Of a stretch of 64,000 bases of DNA, positions 14,421-26,952 are shown piece after piece; position 1 is the stretch's first letter, and the number at the start of each line of letters is the position of its first letter. Source of the DNA: Cirrosporium novae-zelandiae (taxonomy: Eukaryota); contig JAPETS010000040.1 in the NCBI GenBank assembly GCA_026023565.1, forward strand, positions 124,001 through 188,000, given 5' to 3'. The notes under the pieces are model-generated. The model did not search any database, was not told the DNA's origin, and saw only the letters and a list, made by a program, of their open reading frames with translations. A program made the position numbers and the translations under genes.

Positions 14421-14490
14421 ACTACTTGGGGAGTTACTTGGAGTTACTTGAGTTACTTGAGTGACTTGAGTGACTTGAGTGACTTGAGTT
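14421..14490. repeat. 9-bp minisatellite (GAGT[T/G]ACTT)n
   Basis: About 7 tandem units, source of the VTQVTQ translation. Followed by an 8-bp (TTGATGGG)n array at about 14551-14604. Confidence 0.9.
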
Positions 14491-15802
14491 ATTGAGACTT
14501 TTAGGAATCCTTCCCGAGGCTCGGTTCGGTAAGGTTTGAAGCTTTCACACGGTTGATGGTTGATGGGTTGATGGGTTGATGGGTTGATGGATTGATTGAT
14601 GGGGTTGTTGTACTCGCAAGTGGCCCCTGATTCATTACAAAACTTAGAAATTTTTGGAAAAATGATGAAGAGAAACGCGTGTTCCTCGACCACAGCCGAA
14701 AATTAAATATACAATGGACACGCGGCATTATATAATATTTTGTATATTGAGCGAAATATAATGTTTGCCTATTCCAATTGATTTGTCAGAGAGGATGGGT
14801 GTGGAGGGGGGGAATGATGATCAGGATGATAAGTTGTAGATAAGTGTGTCTAAGACATAGAAGAGTCATTAGATCATTAGATAGATGGAAAATGCAAAGG
14901 ACCGTTGGATGTACTCTACTACAGATACTATTAACCTAGGTAAAGAGAGATAAAAAAAAAACAAAAGTGAGATTCCGATCAAACGGGACTTGATCGAATC
15001 CATATTGGGATCATGGGAGGTAAGAAATGGATGATGGACAGGACAGACAGGGCGTTGGCGTTTGGCGTTGGCGGTCAAAGCTTTTCTTTGGGAAAATTTA
15101 CCATTTTACCATTTTTTACCCCTGAACCGACTTGGTACTAGGCATCTAGGAACCTACTCCAGTAGGCCTTAGACCACCACCACCACCCCCCCCCCTCCCC
15201 TCTATCCTAGCCCATCTTAGCCTACTTCTCGCCTATCCTCACCCATCCTCGCCCATCTTTTACCCATCTTTTACCCATCAAAGTCCCCCCCCCCCCCCCC
15301 CCCCCAAATAACTAGCTCTATCCTGGAAGACAAAAAAGCCACATCAGTACACACACAGCTCATGCACGACATCTAGCCTGGGAAAAATCATGTAATTGTA
15401 GTAATTCTAATAGTCACTAAACTAGGTATACTTTGCAAATAAAATATAAAATCAAAAAGATCAAATAAAATATTAAAAAAAGGTCTCGTCCGATAATGGA
15501 TGGTGAGATGTATAAATATAAATATATTTAGATATTTATATTTTTAACTCTTTATATTCTTCATGCCATGACTCGTAGACTAATTAATTGACATGATGAC
15601 TGACTGTGGTGTTAATTGTTAACATACATACTAACATACATATACTTGTGGATCGTACTCAGTAACTCTGAAAGGTCTTGGTAACCGCTAAATCATCCTG
15701 GTCTTGGCTGTCTCTTTGACCCTCCACCGACCCTCTTTCTTAACCAATCCTTCTTTTTGTCCGGCCCCATCAACCCATCAACCCCAAGCAGGCCCTTATC
15801 AG

Positions 15803-15930
15803 TACCTTGTCTACCTGGTCTACCTGGTCTACCTTGGTCTACTTGGTCTACTTGGTCTACTTGGTCTATTTGGTTAACTTGGTCAACCTGGTCAACCTGG
15901 TCGTGCTGTCTACCTGGTATTACCTGGTTC
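15803..15930. repeat. Degenerate 9-bp minisatellite (AC[C/T]TGGTC[T/A])n
   Basis: More than 10 imperfect tandem units upstream of the DENN gene; source of the STW/LVY/DQV periodic spurious ORFs. Confidence 0.9.
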
Positions 15931-16564
15931 AATTCGCTCTACGCAATTGTACCTTGGTTACCCTTGGCTTACCTCCTCACACCTTGCAGCCGCTGGAATG
16001 TCAACGGTGACCACACAACTTCCCCCCTCCCCTGCCAAAATCCTTTAAGCCATTAAGCCATTAAGCCATCAAGCCATTGAATTGATTGCATCGACCTCTC
16101 CGCCTCCCCCATACCTTGTCGTACCCAACCAGCTTTGGACGCAGAAAAAAAAAAAAACAGTAACCAGCCGATCCAACCGCTCTTCCTAAGGTTGTCTCCG
16201 ACTTATACTTCTGTACAAAAATATTGGTTCAGCAACTTCGACACTCCTTCCTTTTCAACCTTTTTGATATGATCCTCTACTTGTGTCCTCCTTCGCTTCA
16301 CTAGCTTCTTATTTTTCATTCTGGGCTGGCCTCTAAAGGCAAACGAATTCTTTCGCTCCTAAGAGTTTTTACCTTTTACCCCCCCACGTTACCATCTTTG
16401 CTCAAATTAATTGGGAGCTTGTGAGATGGATAGCGGGTTTGAAATATTGGCGGTGACACTGATCCAATGACTGACAACAAGCTGATGATTTCCAACCGAA
16501 CATTTGCCTGAATTTCCTTTCCATTCCTGGGGATTGATTCCACTTCAAGGCCCTGAAATCGTCA

Positions 16565-19500
16565 ATGGCGCCTCCTATCAAATCGCGCGAGCCCTCTCCC
16601 TCAGCACCTTTGGCCGATTATTTTTGGATCGCAGGCCTCGATGGTTCTGAAATCCTCGAAGCTTTTAAGAGTACAGAGCCAGAAAATCCTCCCCTCAGTC
16701 CTTTGCCAATTGCTCAAACCATTCAGGAGGATGTGGCAGAGGAAGCAGAACAAGAGGAAGAAAAAGAAGATGAGGGTCAGAGGACGCCTACTTCAGAAAA
16801 ACGCCATTCCTTTTTAAGACTTTCCAAAGTGTCCGATGACCTACGATTGTCCCTACAATCATTTAGCGACTCGTTTGGTGAGTCGTTTGGTGAGTCGTCG
16901 ACATCCAAAGGTAGGGCAAGCAATCGCAGCAGCAGGACCATCAAGGCAGGGGGGGATAATGGCTCCAAGACCCCAGACCTCAACGATGTCGACTTCGACA
17001 AGGCTCTGCGTGACTTTGCGTCGGGGAGAGATCGTTTTTTTAGCACCGATCTCTCCTTGGCTCCAGAGAATAACGCAATACCTAATCGGCCTAAACCTCG
17101 GCCAAAGACTCAAAAAATTGTCAGCGAGGAGGTTCCAGCAACACCAACCCTTCAACGAGGGATTGGAAGTATTCGGCGGCTGACCTCGTTTCGTGATACC
17201 AATAGTATGAGGAGACAGCCTTCTGTCGCGAGACATCGTATGTATTTCACTCTGGTACCTCGTAATGAGAGGTGATGCCCTAGGTCCTTTGACGTAAAGC
17301 TGATATAATTCGAGCTGCAGCATCAGTTCGGACCTCGAGGCGGATGAGCAACTACAATTCGGTCATTCCGACACCACAACCCCTCAAACCATCTCCCAAG
17401 GAGCACCCCCTTAAACGACGATTTGAACCCGTTCTACTGGATCGTTATCCTCCCCGACACATGGTCGAGGAAGCCAAACGAAGAGGTCCATTTCCCGATT
17501 ATGTCCCCATGTTCGCCTTTCCTAATGATATTAACATTATTTCTTCCGATGAACGGCCGCGGTCAACTTGGCATGGATTTGCAATGACAGCTGCAGATAA
17601 TGCCAAGATATATGGAATTTGTGTTATTATGTGGATACCTTTGGGTCAAGAGGCAGCAGAAGCCTTGGAGAAGCGATGCGAGGAATGGCGACGTGACAAT
17701 ATGACGGATGAAGAAAGAGAGTTGGCCGCAAGCTTGGGAGAGAGATTGGCGATTGAGAGGGCAAAATTGTCCCGATTACTCGCTCAGTTACCATCGATGC
17801 CCTCTGGTTTACAGCGGGAGAATTTTGAAGATGAAATTAGCGCCGTCGAAGAAAAGATTGGCCTGATGACAGATCTGTTGCGACCTGTGCGACATGGTGC
17901 ATCCTCGAAGATTGAAGGTTTGACCGATGGAGATACCGGTCTTTGGATACCTAGGGCGTTTGGGATTCTTGGAAAGGATGCCGGCCTAACAAGTTTCTGG
18001 AAGGAGTGGCTACGGGCCGTCGTTGTGCCTATGACCTCGGGAGGTATTCTGAGGGTTGCTCCAAGTTCCCCCCGAATAGGCATGTGGCAGCCCTTGGAAC
18101 GATACGTCGTCAACCTTTGCATGGAGGCCCTTAGTCCCATGTCATCGAAGACGCAGGTAGAGATTTCCATCCGAGAACTTCGTCTTATCGCGAGGAAGGA
18201 AGCCATCAATGAGCTACCGGGATCTCGAAACACGGACATATGGGCGCTGTTTCGCGCGCTGTCCATCCCTAATATTGTCGTTCTATTCGAATTTGCGCTT
18301 GCTGAATCCCGTATAATCCTACTCTCGTCGTATCCAGCCATGCTTCACTTGGCCAGCCAGGCTTTGGTGCATCTGCTGTATCCCTTGACCTGGGCCGGTG
18401 TCTTTATTCCTATCCTTCCGGTGCGGCTAATCCAGGCTCTGGAGGCGCCCTGCCCCTATATTGTCGGTATTCTGCGCCAATACGAAAATATCGAGCTACC
18501 TGAAGACGACTTCGTATTGGTTGATCTTGATCAAGATGAAATAGAGAGCACTATAAAACCAGCGCCAATGCCGCGCCACCCACGAAGAAAGCTGACATCG
18601 CTATTGCAGATGGCTGCTCCACACCACCTGAGATATGGAATACAACCTGGACCACCTGCATATGCCATGGAATCATATCCCTATAATGCGTTTGACTCGG
18701 AGGCAACCTCTGTGTACACACAGAATGCTCCCCCAAGTACGCTCGCAAAGTATGTCAATCTCAACTCAAACTCGTTTGGGGAGAATGGAGTGACGGGCGC
18801 ACACCGAACTCCAATCTTCAACGCTTTCCTCCTCCACAGAACCTGGTCCGAACGTCCATCTACCAGTTCAACCGTGAAAACGAACACGCCTCCTTCTCCT
18901 AGAATATCTCCTACCTCCTCGACATTTCCTCCTTTGCCGTCAACCCCTGGCTCTCGTAATGATTCCGGCTTTGCGTTGCAGTCATCCTTGCGGGAGAAAC
19001 GATCCGGGTATTTTGATTCTCAATCCAGGAAAGGTTCGTTGCCATTTGACCGGATCCCTACGGTAAGGCGACCTAGCGGTGCATTTACTGGGCACTCGTC
19101 AAATTTGTCGGTTTCCACGTTGGGCTACGATGGATCAATGTCTACATATGCTCCATCGACATATGCCCAGTCAACCTTGGCTGCCTCCACAATTGTTGGT
19201 CAGGTTCCAATGCAACAGGTTCACAACACCGATACAATGTCTTGGGTGGAAGGACACTGCGTGATTTGGAGGCCCCGAGACCAGACAACTGTCTGTGTTA
19301 TCTGCGACGAGAAGGGAGATGATGGCATTTACAAGTGCAATGGTTGCGGAATTGGAGTACATGGTCGATGTCTTACAAACGTCTCTCTCGTTTGTCCCGT
19401 GGCATTCCATGCGGATCAGGTCCGCGCTGCTTTTGTTCGGTGTTTCGCCAGTCTCTTTTATACCTATCGGAAACATTTGATGCCTGCAGTTGGTGATCAG

Positions 19501-20008
19501 AAGAAATCTGGGTTGCTGTATACACTTGACATGAATGGATTTCTCCGAGGGCTACCAACTGAAAATGCAAATTATATATCAATGCTACAACAAACTCAAG
19601 GTATATTTTTTGGTTCCCTTCTATTGATTTGATGACTTATATACTCTAGCATTCAACGAATTTATCCATACTCGCGAATCCCTCCCTCCAAACCATTCGT
19701 CCATAATTCTCTTCGACCAGATCATTCTTTCTAAACGAAACCGCGGCCGCACCTCCCTATTCTCAAAATCGAGCACGAATTTCCTCTCGGATATTTCGGA
19801 TCACCTCTGGCGTTCTGCAGCGGCCGTACCTCCTCACAGTCGATTCCCAGGTGATTATCGTACAGTGGTGTCGAGGGTTCCAGCAAAACTGGATCCAAAC
19901 CTTATCAAGGAACCAAGGATGATTGCAGGCGTACCAAGACTACAAACAGCAAATGCAAAGAGAAAGCCTGTGGCACAGAACGGCCATACTCCAAACTCAT
20001 CATCATAA
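16565..20008 (+). CDS. DENN-domain protein (putative Rab GEF) with an inserted C1-type zinc finger
   Basis: uDENN start LADYFWIAG, then LLDRYP, MFAFP, STWHGFAMT..YGIC, the DENN core ESRIILLS..GVFIPILP..LEAPCPYIVG, a C1 pattern H-x12-C-x2-C-x10-C-x2-C-x4-H-x2-C-x7-C and dDENN AAFVRCFASLFYTYR..QTQAFNEFI. Introns 17238-17320 and 19601-19649; stop TAA 20006-20008. Confidence 0.92.
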
Positions 20009-20399
20009 TTTGAATTGCCAAAATCTAAGGCAAAGAATAAAGAAATCTATCTTCTTGAAGTCAGTCATAAGGAAAAGAAAAATTGGATGTTTATGCATTG
20101 GATGGCCGGTGAGGAATTTTTTTTTTGACGCTCGATATGAAGGATGATTTGCGATTTTTGTGATTTGGATTTTGGATAACGGTGGCGTCATTGTTGGCTG
20201 GAAATGATGGTTTTGGAAAGGGGCAATTTTTCAGCGATGGAGCTGGACGGATTTGGGTAATATTCTCTCACTTCTATCTCTCTCTCTCTTCTGGGTTGAT
20301 TGATTGGAAAGGATGGTGCGGTGCAGGTGTGTGATGGGTCGATCATGTTACAAGCAAAGAAAGGAACACATGCGTGTGGATGTTGTACTACTTTCCTTC

Positions 20400-22097
20400 C
20401 CCCACGGGATATCATCATCATCATTATCGTTATCATAGTCGGTTTTGGTCTTTTTTTATCATTATGCTTTTAACGCGTTGTTTCTAAATTCAACCGAGAG
20501 AGAAAGAGGAGGAGAGGGAGAGAGAAGAAAAGAGAGAGAGGGGTAGTGTGTGTGGTAGATATAAGATTCCTTGCATGTGTGTGTCCGTCTTAGACTAAAT
20601 TTATTTTTATTATATTGTTTTCGTATGTGTATTTGGAATTTTTTTTACCAATTATTACATTTGTTCCTGTTGGTTTTTATTTTTATTTTTATATCCTAGG
20701 TTTTGTTGTGTTGTGTTGTGTTGTGTTGTTGGTGGAAGGGGGTGGGGGGGTGAGATGAGACTGGGATGTGAGATGAGATTGGATGGGATGAGATGGGATA
20801 TGTGTTGGACTATTACTACCTACCTACCTACCTACCTACCTATCTATCTATCCATCTAAATAAAAGTTGAAAGTTGGAAGTTGGAAAGATTAAATGAAGA
20901 AAAGGGAGGAGAAGAGAATAGAATAAAGAGGAGAAAAGAATAGAGGATAAAAACGCATACCTTTCCTCCTTCCTCCTTCCTCCCCTCCTGTATCTTCCCT
21001 CTATTTCTCCGTTTGCATTCTTTTATCTATCTAACCCTACCTATTTGAATAAAAGTTGGAAAGTTGGAAGTTGGAAGGACTAAATGAAGAAAGGAAGGGG
21101 AGGGGGGGAGAAAAGGAAAGAGAGAAAAGGAAAGAGAGAAAAGAAAAGAGGAGGAATACAATGCATGCTATCCTTCTCTACCTTCGTTCTCTACTCTTAT
21201 CTTCTTTTTACATCCATCCATATCCACATCTCCATCCATCTTATTCTATCCTATCTATCTATCTACGTTCCATGTATCCGTTCATGTGTCCGCTCATGTG
21301 TTCATTTATTGTGAATATAAATCAATCAAATCAATCAAAATCAGACATCCTTCCTGTACCTAAAATACATAGCCAAATAACCTATAGCTAGCTAGATATT
21401 TAAGTATATGAGTGTGAGTATATGAATAAGGTGGTGGTAGAAATACAGTTTTTTTTTTTTTTTTTTGGGATGTATCGATGTATTTGTAAAGTAAAGTAAA
21501 GTGGTAAAGTAGTATTATGAGAGAGAGAGAGAGGGGGGGGAGGATACGACAGTTGTGAATGCGGAATGTAATTAAATATGGATATAAATACGAATACAGA
21601 TACAGATATGGATACAGCTATACAAACATGCACAAGCATAGGTATGGGTATGGGTATAGGTAGGTAATTATAAAAAACGAATAACTAATTACAGATATAG
21701 ATATAAATACGAACCCGAGTCCCCGTATCCGTACCCGTATCCGTATATCCAGATATCCAATTGGAAGGGGGGAACCAAAGAAATAGATTAAATTTTTTTT
21801 TTTTTACTTTTTTTTTTTTTTTTTATTTTCATACCTATCTACCTAAACCTACTTACCTATTTAATCAACTTACAACTTCTTTCGAAAGATAAAGAAAAGA
21901 AAATTGGTTAATAAAGAGGGTTAACTTTATCTTCTTCTATCTTACATTTCATATCTTACATTCTTCCCTTTACCCTTTTGTGTTATTATTCATCCATCAT
22001 TCTATTATCCTACAATCACATCCATATATATCTATCATCCACGAGTTATAGTAGTAGCCCCAAAGACCAGAAACTTATGAACTTTTGCCTCCCTCTC

Positions 22098-22139
<42 letters not shown>

Positions 22140-22760
22140 TAAAAAATTTGATTTATGAATTTATAAATGCTTGTTTTGACTGTTTTATTGTATTCTGATT
22201 TTTGCTTTTCTAATTTTTGGATTTGTTGGATTTGTTGGATTTATTGGTATATGCTATAAGGCGATACGTAATATAAGTGGAGAGGAGTAGAAGAAAAGGA
22301 AGGGGAGAAGGGGATGGGGGGGTAGTTATGATTATGATTATGGGGTATATCTACTACTAAAGAGGAGTATAGAAGAAGAAAAAGAGAAAAAAAAAAAAAA
22401 AAAAAAGGGGAGGGAGAAAAATGAAGAAAGAAGAGGAGGATATTAGATATTGGAATTAATATTAGTATTAGAGGAGGAGGAGGAGGGGGAGATATAATAA
22501 CAATAAAACTAAAAATAATAATAAGAAAAATGAGGAAGGAGGAGGAGAAAAGGAAGAAAAAAGAAAAAAAAAGAAAAAAAAGGGAGGTTCTGACTATAAC
22601 TTTTGTCTATAAGCTTGATATTTGATATTTTTGGTTGATTTGATCTAGTATTCCATGGGAGGAGGAGGCAATAAATAAAATAAAAGCACACATATATAAT
22701 AGGGCTTGTTTTTTTATTTACGTTTTTTCAGATTGTTGGATTGTTGGACTAGGACTATTT
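20400..22760. repeat. Low-complexity, microsatellite-rich spacer between convergent DENN and MEF2 genes
   Basis: (TTGTG)n near 20703, (CTAC)n/(CTAT)n near 20815, GA-rich tracts, poly-T at 22103-22138 and poly-A near 22387-22406. Confidence 0.85.
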
Positions 22761-22839
22761 CGGTGCTAAGATGAGATTCATCAAGAGACGACACATCTCA
22801 CTCACCCCATCCCATCATAATCTGACCCTTCAATACCCC

Positions 22840-25832
22840 CTAAAACACCCCCCCAAACCTCACCTCCTCCAACACAGCCTTCTCCCTCTGCCCCCCCACC
22901 TTCTCAAACCGATCAACCTGCATAACAAACGTGCCCCTCCCCCCCGTCAAACTCCTCAGATGCTTCAAATACCCTACCATTTCCCTCAAAGGCACTCGGG
23001 CCTCTACATCCCTCCTGCGCTGCACGTTTCCCATTTCCTCTTCCGCGTTGGCGTTGGATGATGCAAAGGGGTCGCGGGGTGCGTAGATTCGGGCTATATT
23101 TAGGGGTGTGGAAGGCGAGGATGGGGAGGATTGGGATGTGGAATCCGTGTTTGAGGTTTCTTGGTCCATGTGCGAGGCTGATTCGCCGAGGGCGAGGACG
23201 TGGCCACCGCGTGCGGAACTGATGTCGTGGATTACCGCTCCCATGCTTGTTTCATCTACGGATATTGTTACCCGCATGACTGGTTCCATGAGGGCTGTGT
23301 TGCCGCCTGCCTTTTCGGTGGCGGCCTTCAGGGCTGCGACGGCGGTGACGCGAGCAGCTGAGACGAGGGAGGATGCGGTGGTGTCGGTGCCGAAAATGTC
23401 GGTGCTGGGGGTGAAGAAGAGCGAGATGTGGGTGGAGTGGATGGGAAAGTGATGTTTTGGACCGCGGGCGAGCGCTGCGAGGGCGCCGTTGAGCAGGGAT
23501 CGCTGAATCGTTTTGAGGGGGAGGTGGGCGGGGAGGGAACTAGGGTCGATTGCGGGAGTTGGATGGCGGTGATGTGGGTGGTCGGGGGGAAGGAGGGATA
23601 GGGTCACCAGGTTTCCTTCGTGGATCAGTGTGCTGTCTTTTGGTAGGGAGGAGATGTCCGAGTCTGGGTTCCAGGGTGAAACGGTCGCGGTGCAACCGGC
23701 TTTGGATGGTTTTCCTGCCGTGACCCGGTCGAATATGCGGTGGATTGGTTGGGAGGTCTCGAGGATCGATTCTCTGTATCCGATTTCAATCTTGCCCATG
23801 GTGCACTTGGCTTTAAAGTCCTTGACGAGTCGATCACGAGCGATTTCAAGATGCAGTTCGCCCATCCCACTAAGGAGCGTCTGACCGGAATCGGGATCGA
23901 CAGAGACATGGAGACTAGGGTCTTCACGTAGGAGGAGCGCGAGTGCGTCGGATACATTCTTTTCTTCGCTGAGACTGTTGGGCTCGATGGCCGCAAAAAA
24001 TACGGGGGGTGGGATATTGATGGGGCGGAGCTGGAGACTATTCAACGGTGCCGGAGGACCTGCCTTCTGGCTAACGTTACGGCATGATACAAGAGTGTCG
24101 CCGGTCCGAGCATGTTTGAGACCAACTATGACACCAATTTGTCCAGCTGCAATTGATGGAATTTCAATGGCATCGTTTGCGTACATTTTTAGCAGCCGTG
24201 GTGCACGTTCTGAGACGTGTAGATTCGTATTGTAGAGCAGAGCATTTTTGTTCAACACACCAGAGTATACGCGGACATAGATTAGAACACCCCTCTTGGC
24301 ATCGTTGACAACCTTGAATGCAAGGGCACATCCTTCCATCTTTTGGATGAGCGCCTTGGCTTGTGTTTGTGTGAGGGTCAAATTCTTTCCCTTTTCCTTG
24401 TGGTGTACCCCATCGCTGACTTCTCTAAGGACCAACTGTCCATTCAAAAGCTCTGTCAATCCCCCTTTTGTATCGCCGATACTGACTTCAGGATCCGGAG
24501 TCTCCGTTGGGTTCGGCAGGAGTTGAACAGCCCCATCCAGTAGGGGTTGCACGCCGATATTTCTAAAGCTAGCTCCTGCAAAAACAGGCACCACTGCTGC
24601 AGCTGGATCAAGGACGCACTTCCGTAAGCTCTTGGCTATATCGGCAGGTGGAATAGCGAGGTGATCTTCTCCAAAATTCAAAAACTGGTCAATTAATTCA
24701 TCATCGTTTTCACTCAAAACTTCAACAAGAGCAGTCCTCGCCTTCTTTGCTTCCTCTGCGAGAGCTGGGTCTTTGGCCTCCAGTTCTGCCATGTCGAGCA
24801 CCTTGCACGTTCTTCCATCGCCCCCCTCATCCCAGAGCAGGCCTTTCATTCGAACGACATCAACTACGCCCGTAAAACGCCCGTTGCCATTTTCAAACCA
24901 AGGAATCTGACAAACGGCTGGCCAGCTATGCAATCGAGATCCGATTTCTTTGACCGTCTTCCCAAATGCAGCGCCGTCTCTGTCGAGTTTGTTGATGTAA
25001 ATTATACTTGGTATCTTGTAATTTCGGGCTTGATGCCAGACATTTTCGGTCTGAGCCTCAACGCCAGCGACACCATCGAGAATACAGACAGCTCCGTCCA
25101 AAACACGCAAAGACCTCAGAACTTCAAAATTAAAGTCCGCATGGCCAGGGGTATCTATGAGATTGAGGGAGTGCTGGTCCGTTGACGCTGGTACTATTTT
25201 GGCATTGGGGGGACTACTATTTTTCAATTCAAGATCAGGATTTCGGGGAACCGGGGGCCATTCAAATGTTATCGCTGCTGATTGGATGGTGATCCCCCGA
25301 GCTCTTTCAGCAGGCAAGAAGTCTGTAACTGTTGAACCGTCGTCGACATCTGGGATTGGTTAGTCAAACATGTATCATAGTTTTCTTCATAAAGCATATA
25401 ACGATAGCCAAAAATGGACAGCAAGAAAGATGGAGTTGAATATAATGTCTGAATTGAAATGCATATAATGCAGGTATTCGATGTCTCAGAGCTAAACATT
25501 AAGAAACTCAGTCGCAATATACCTCCAATTCTTCTTGTATATCCGCTATAGTAGAGCATGCGCTCAGTTGTAGTAGTTTTTCCCTGAAAATATATCAGAT
25601 AACCACCTCTTCAATTGTCCCCAATCCATCGGGAACGTACAGCATCAATATGCGCAATTATTCCTAGGTTTCTGATCCGAAGAAGATCTGGGGTTGAATC
25701 TGTAGTATTCTGAGGATTCCATCTCAACGCCGAGCTTGAAAACTGCTTGTTCAATGGTCTAGTAGACCTCAAAAGCCTATGGCGACATGCATAGCAAATC
25801 CAATTGGACGTCAGTGTTCGTGCTATAGCCAT
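22840..25832 (-). CDS. MEF2: Mitochondrial ribosome-releasing factor 2 (EF-G2mt)
   Basis: Presequence, then [62 protein letters not shown] and LRSLTGGRG. Introns 25584-25640 and 25350-25522. Confidence 0.96.
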
Positions 25833-26165
25833 GTTTGCGACCCAAGTGCTCAACGACGCAGGGCCAAGTTCAAGTCGGAACGAAAAGGAAAGCTGGATTG
25901 CGACATTGATTTCAATAGTCAATCCATTAACATGTCATCCAAAGAAATTTCACTCTCAAGGGTAGGAAATTATTAACTGCCATGCCTTCATTCGCCAGAG
26001 CTTCCCCAGTTCCGATAATTAACGCGATAAACGCCTTAGGCGCAATTCGTTCCGACGCTAGAAGCTTGATCTTTCCACCTCCGGTGTACGACGTCTCAAT
26101 CAAATTGATTTCCCTTCTCCACAAAGACCAACAATCTCCTCTCCTCTAAGATATAGGCTTTAAAA

Positions 26166-26672
26166 ATGTCGGCACCTTCGTTTGCGGGGTATATAGTCAA
26201 GCGTCCTTGGCTCAAGAGCTGGATGAAGCCATTGGCAAATTGGTACATTGATGCGGCGGGTTACCGGAAACTCGGTTTGAGGTACTCAGGACCCCTCCAT
26301 GATCATTACTATGGATATAGACATTACGAATAGAATGCTGACTTGGGGATTTGAAGGGGTGATGATTTAATCCCCGAGGAGAGCGAAACCGTTCTTCTTG
26401 CCCTCAAGCGTCTTCCCCCGAAGGAGGCTTACGATCGAGTTTTCCGCTTACGTCGAGCATTCCAGGTCAGTGAAACCGATGTGAATGTCCAATGCATACT
26501 TGATACTGATGATCCCTTGTTCCAGTGCTCCCTTCAACACCAGCTTCTACCTGCCGACCAACAAACCAAACCCGAGGAAGACGTTCCATACTTGATTCCA
26601 TTGATCACAGAAATCGAAGCTCTGAATAAGGAGCGGGATGACCTTGACACTATGATAGTGAAGAAGAAGTAG
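26166..26672 (+). CDS. QCR7: Cytochrome b-c1 complex subunit 7
   Basis: Manual translation MSAPSFAGYIVKRPWLKSWMKPLANWYIDAAGYRKLGLR|GDDLIPEESETVLLALKRLPPKEAYDRVFRLRRAFQ|CSLQHQLLP..EEDVPYL..ERDDLD. Introns 26282-26356 and 26466-26525. Mostly missed by the ORF track. Confidence 0.96.
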
Positions 26673-26952
26673 TTGAGGCAGTAATCAACTAGTGCAAAAA
26701 CAAGAGTTACTGCAGTGGAGCCTGGAAACCGCCGTTGTACTTTTAGAGCCCTATCTTGGTGTGAATACAATCTACAATGTGCTCATGATATCCATAGTTC
26801 AAAAAATGCAATATGCTTTACTAGGATTATATGGCAACTAGGCCTAAACTATGGGCGGAATTGATGAGGTAGATATAAATATGTACTACATTTTATTCCT
26901 CTCACCCAAAAATGTCCATCACTCATATAACTCTGGAGAGTATAACTTCTGG

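Noticed and set aside
15693..16056. ORFs with periodic STW/LVY/DQV repeats, or a possible CRISPR-like array
   Set aside because: This is a 9-bp tandem repeat with no unique spacers, in a eukaryotic context.
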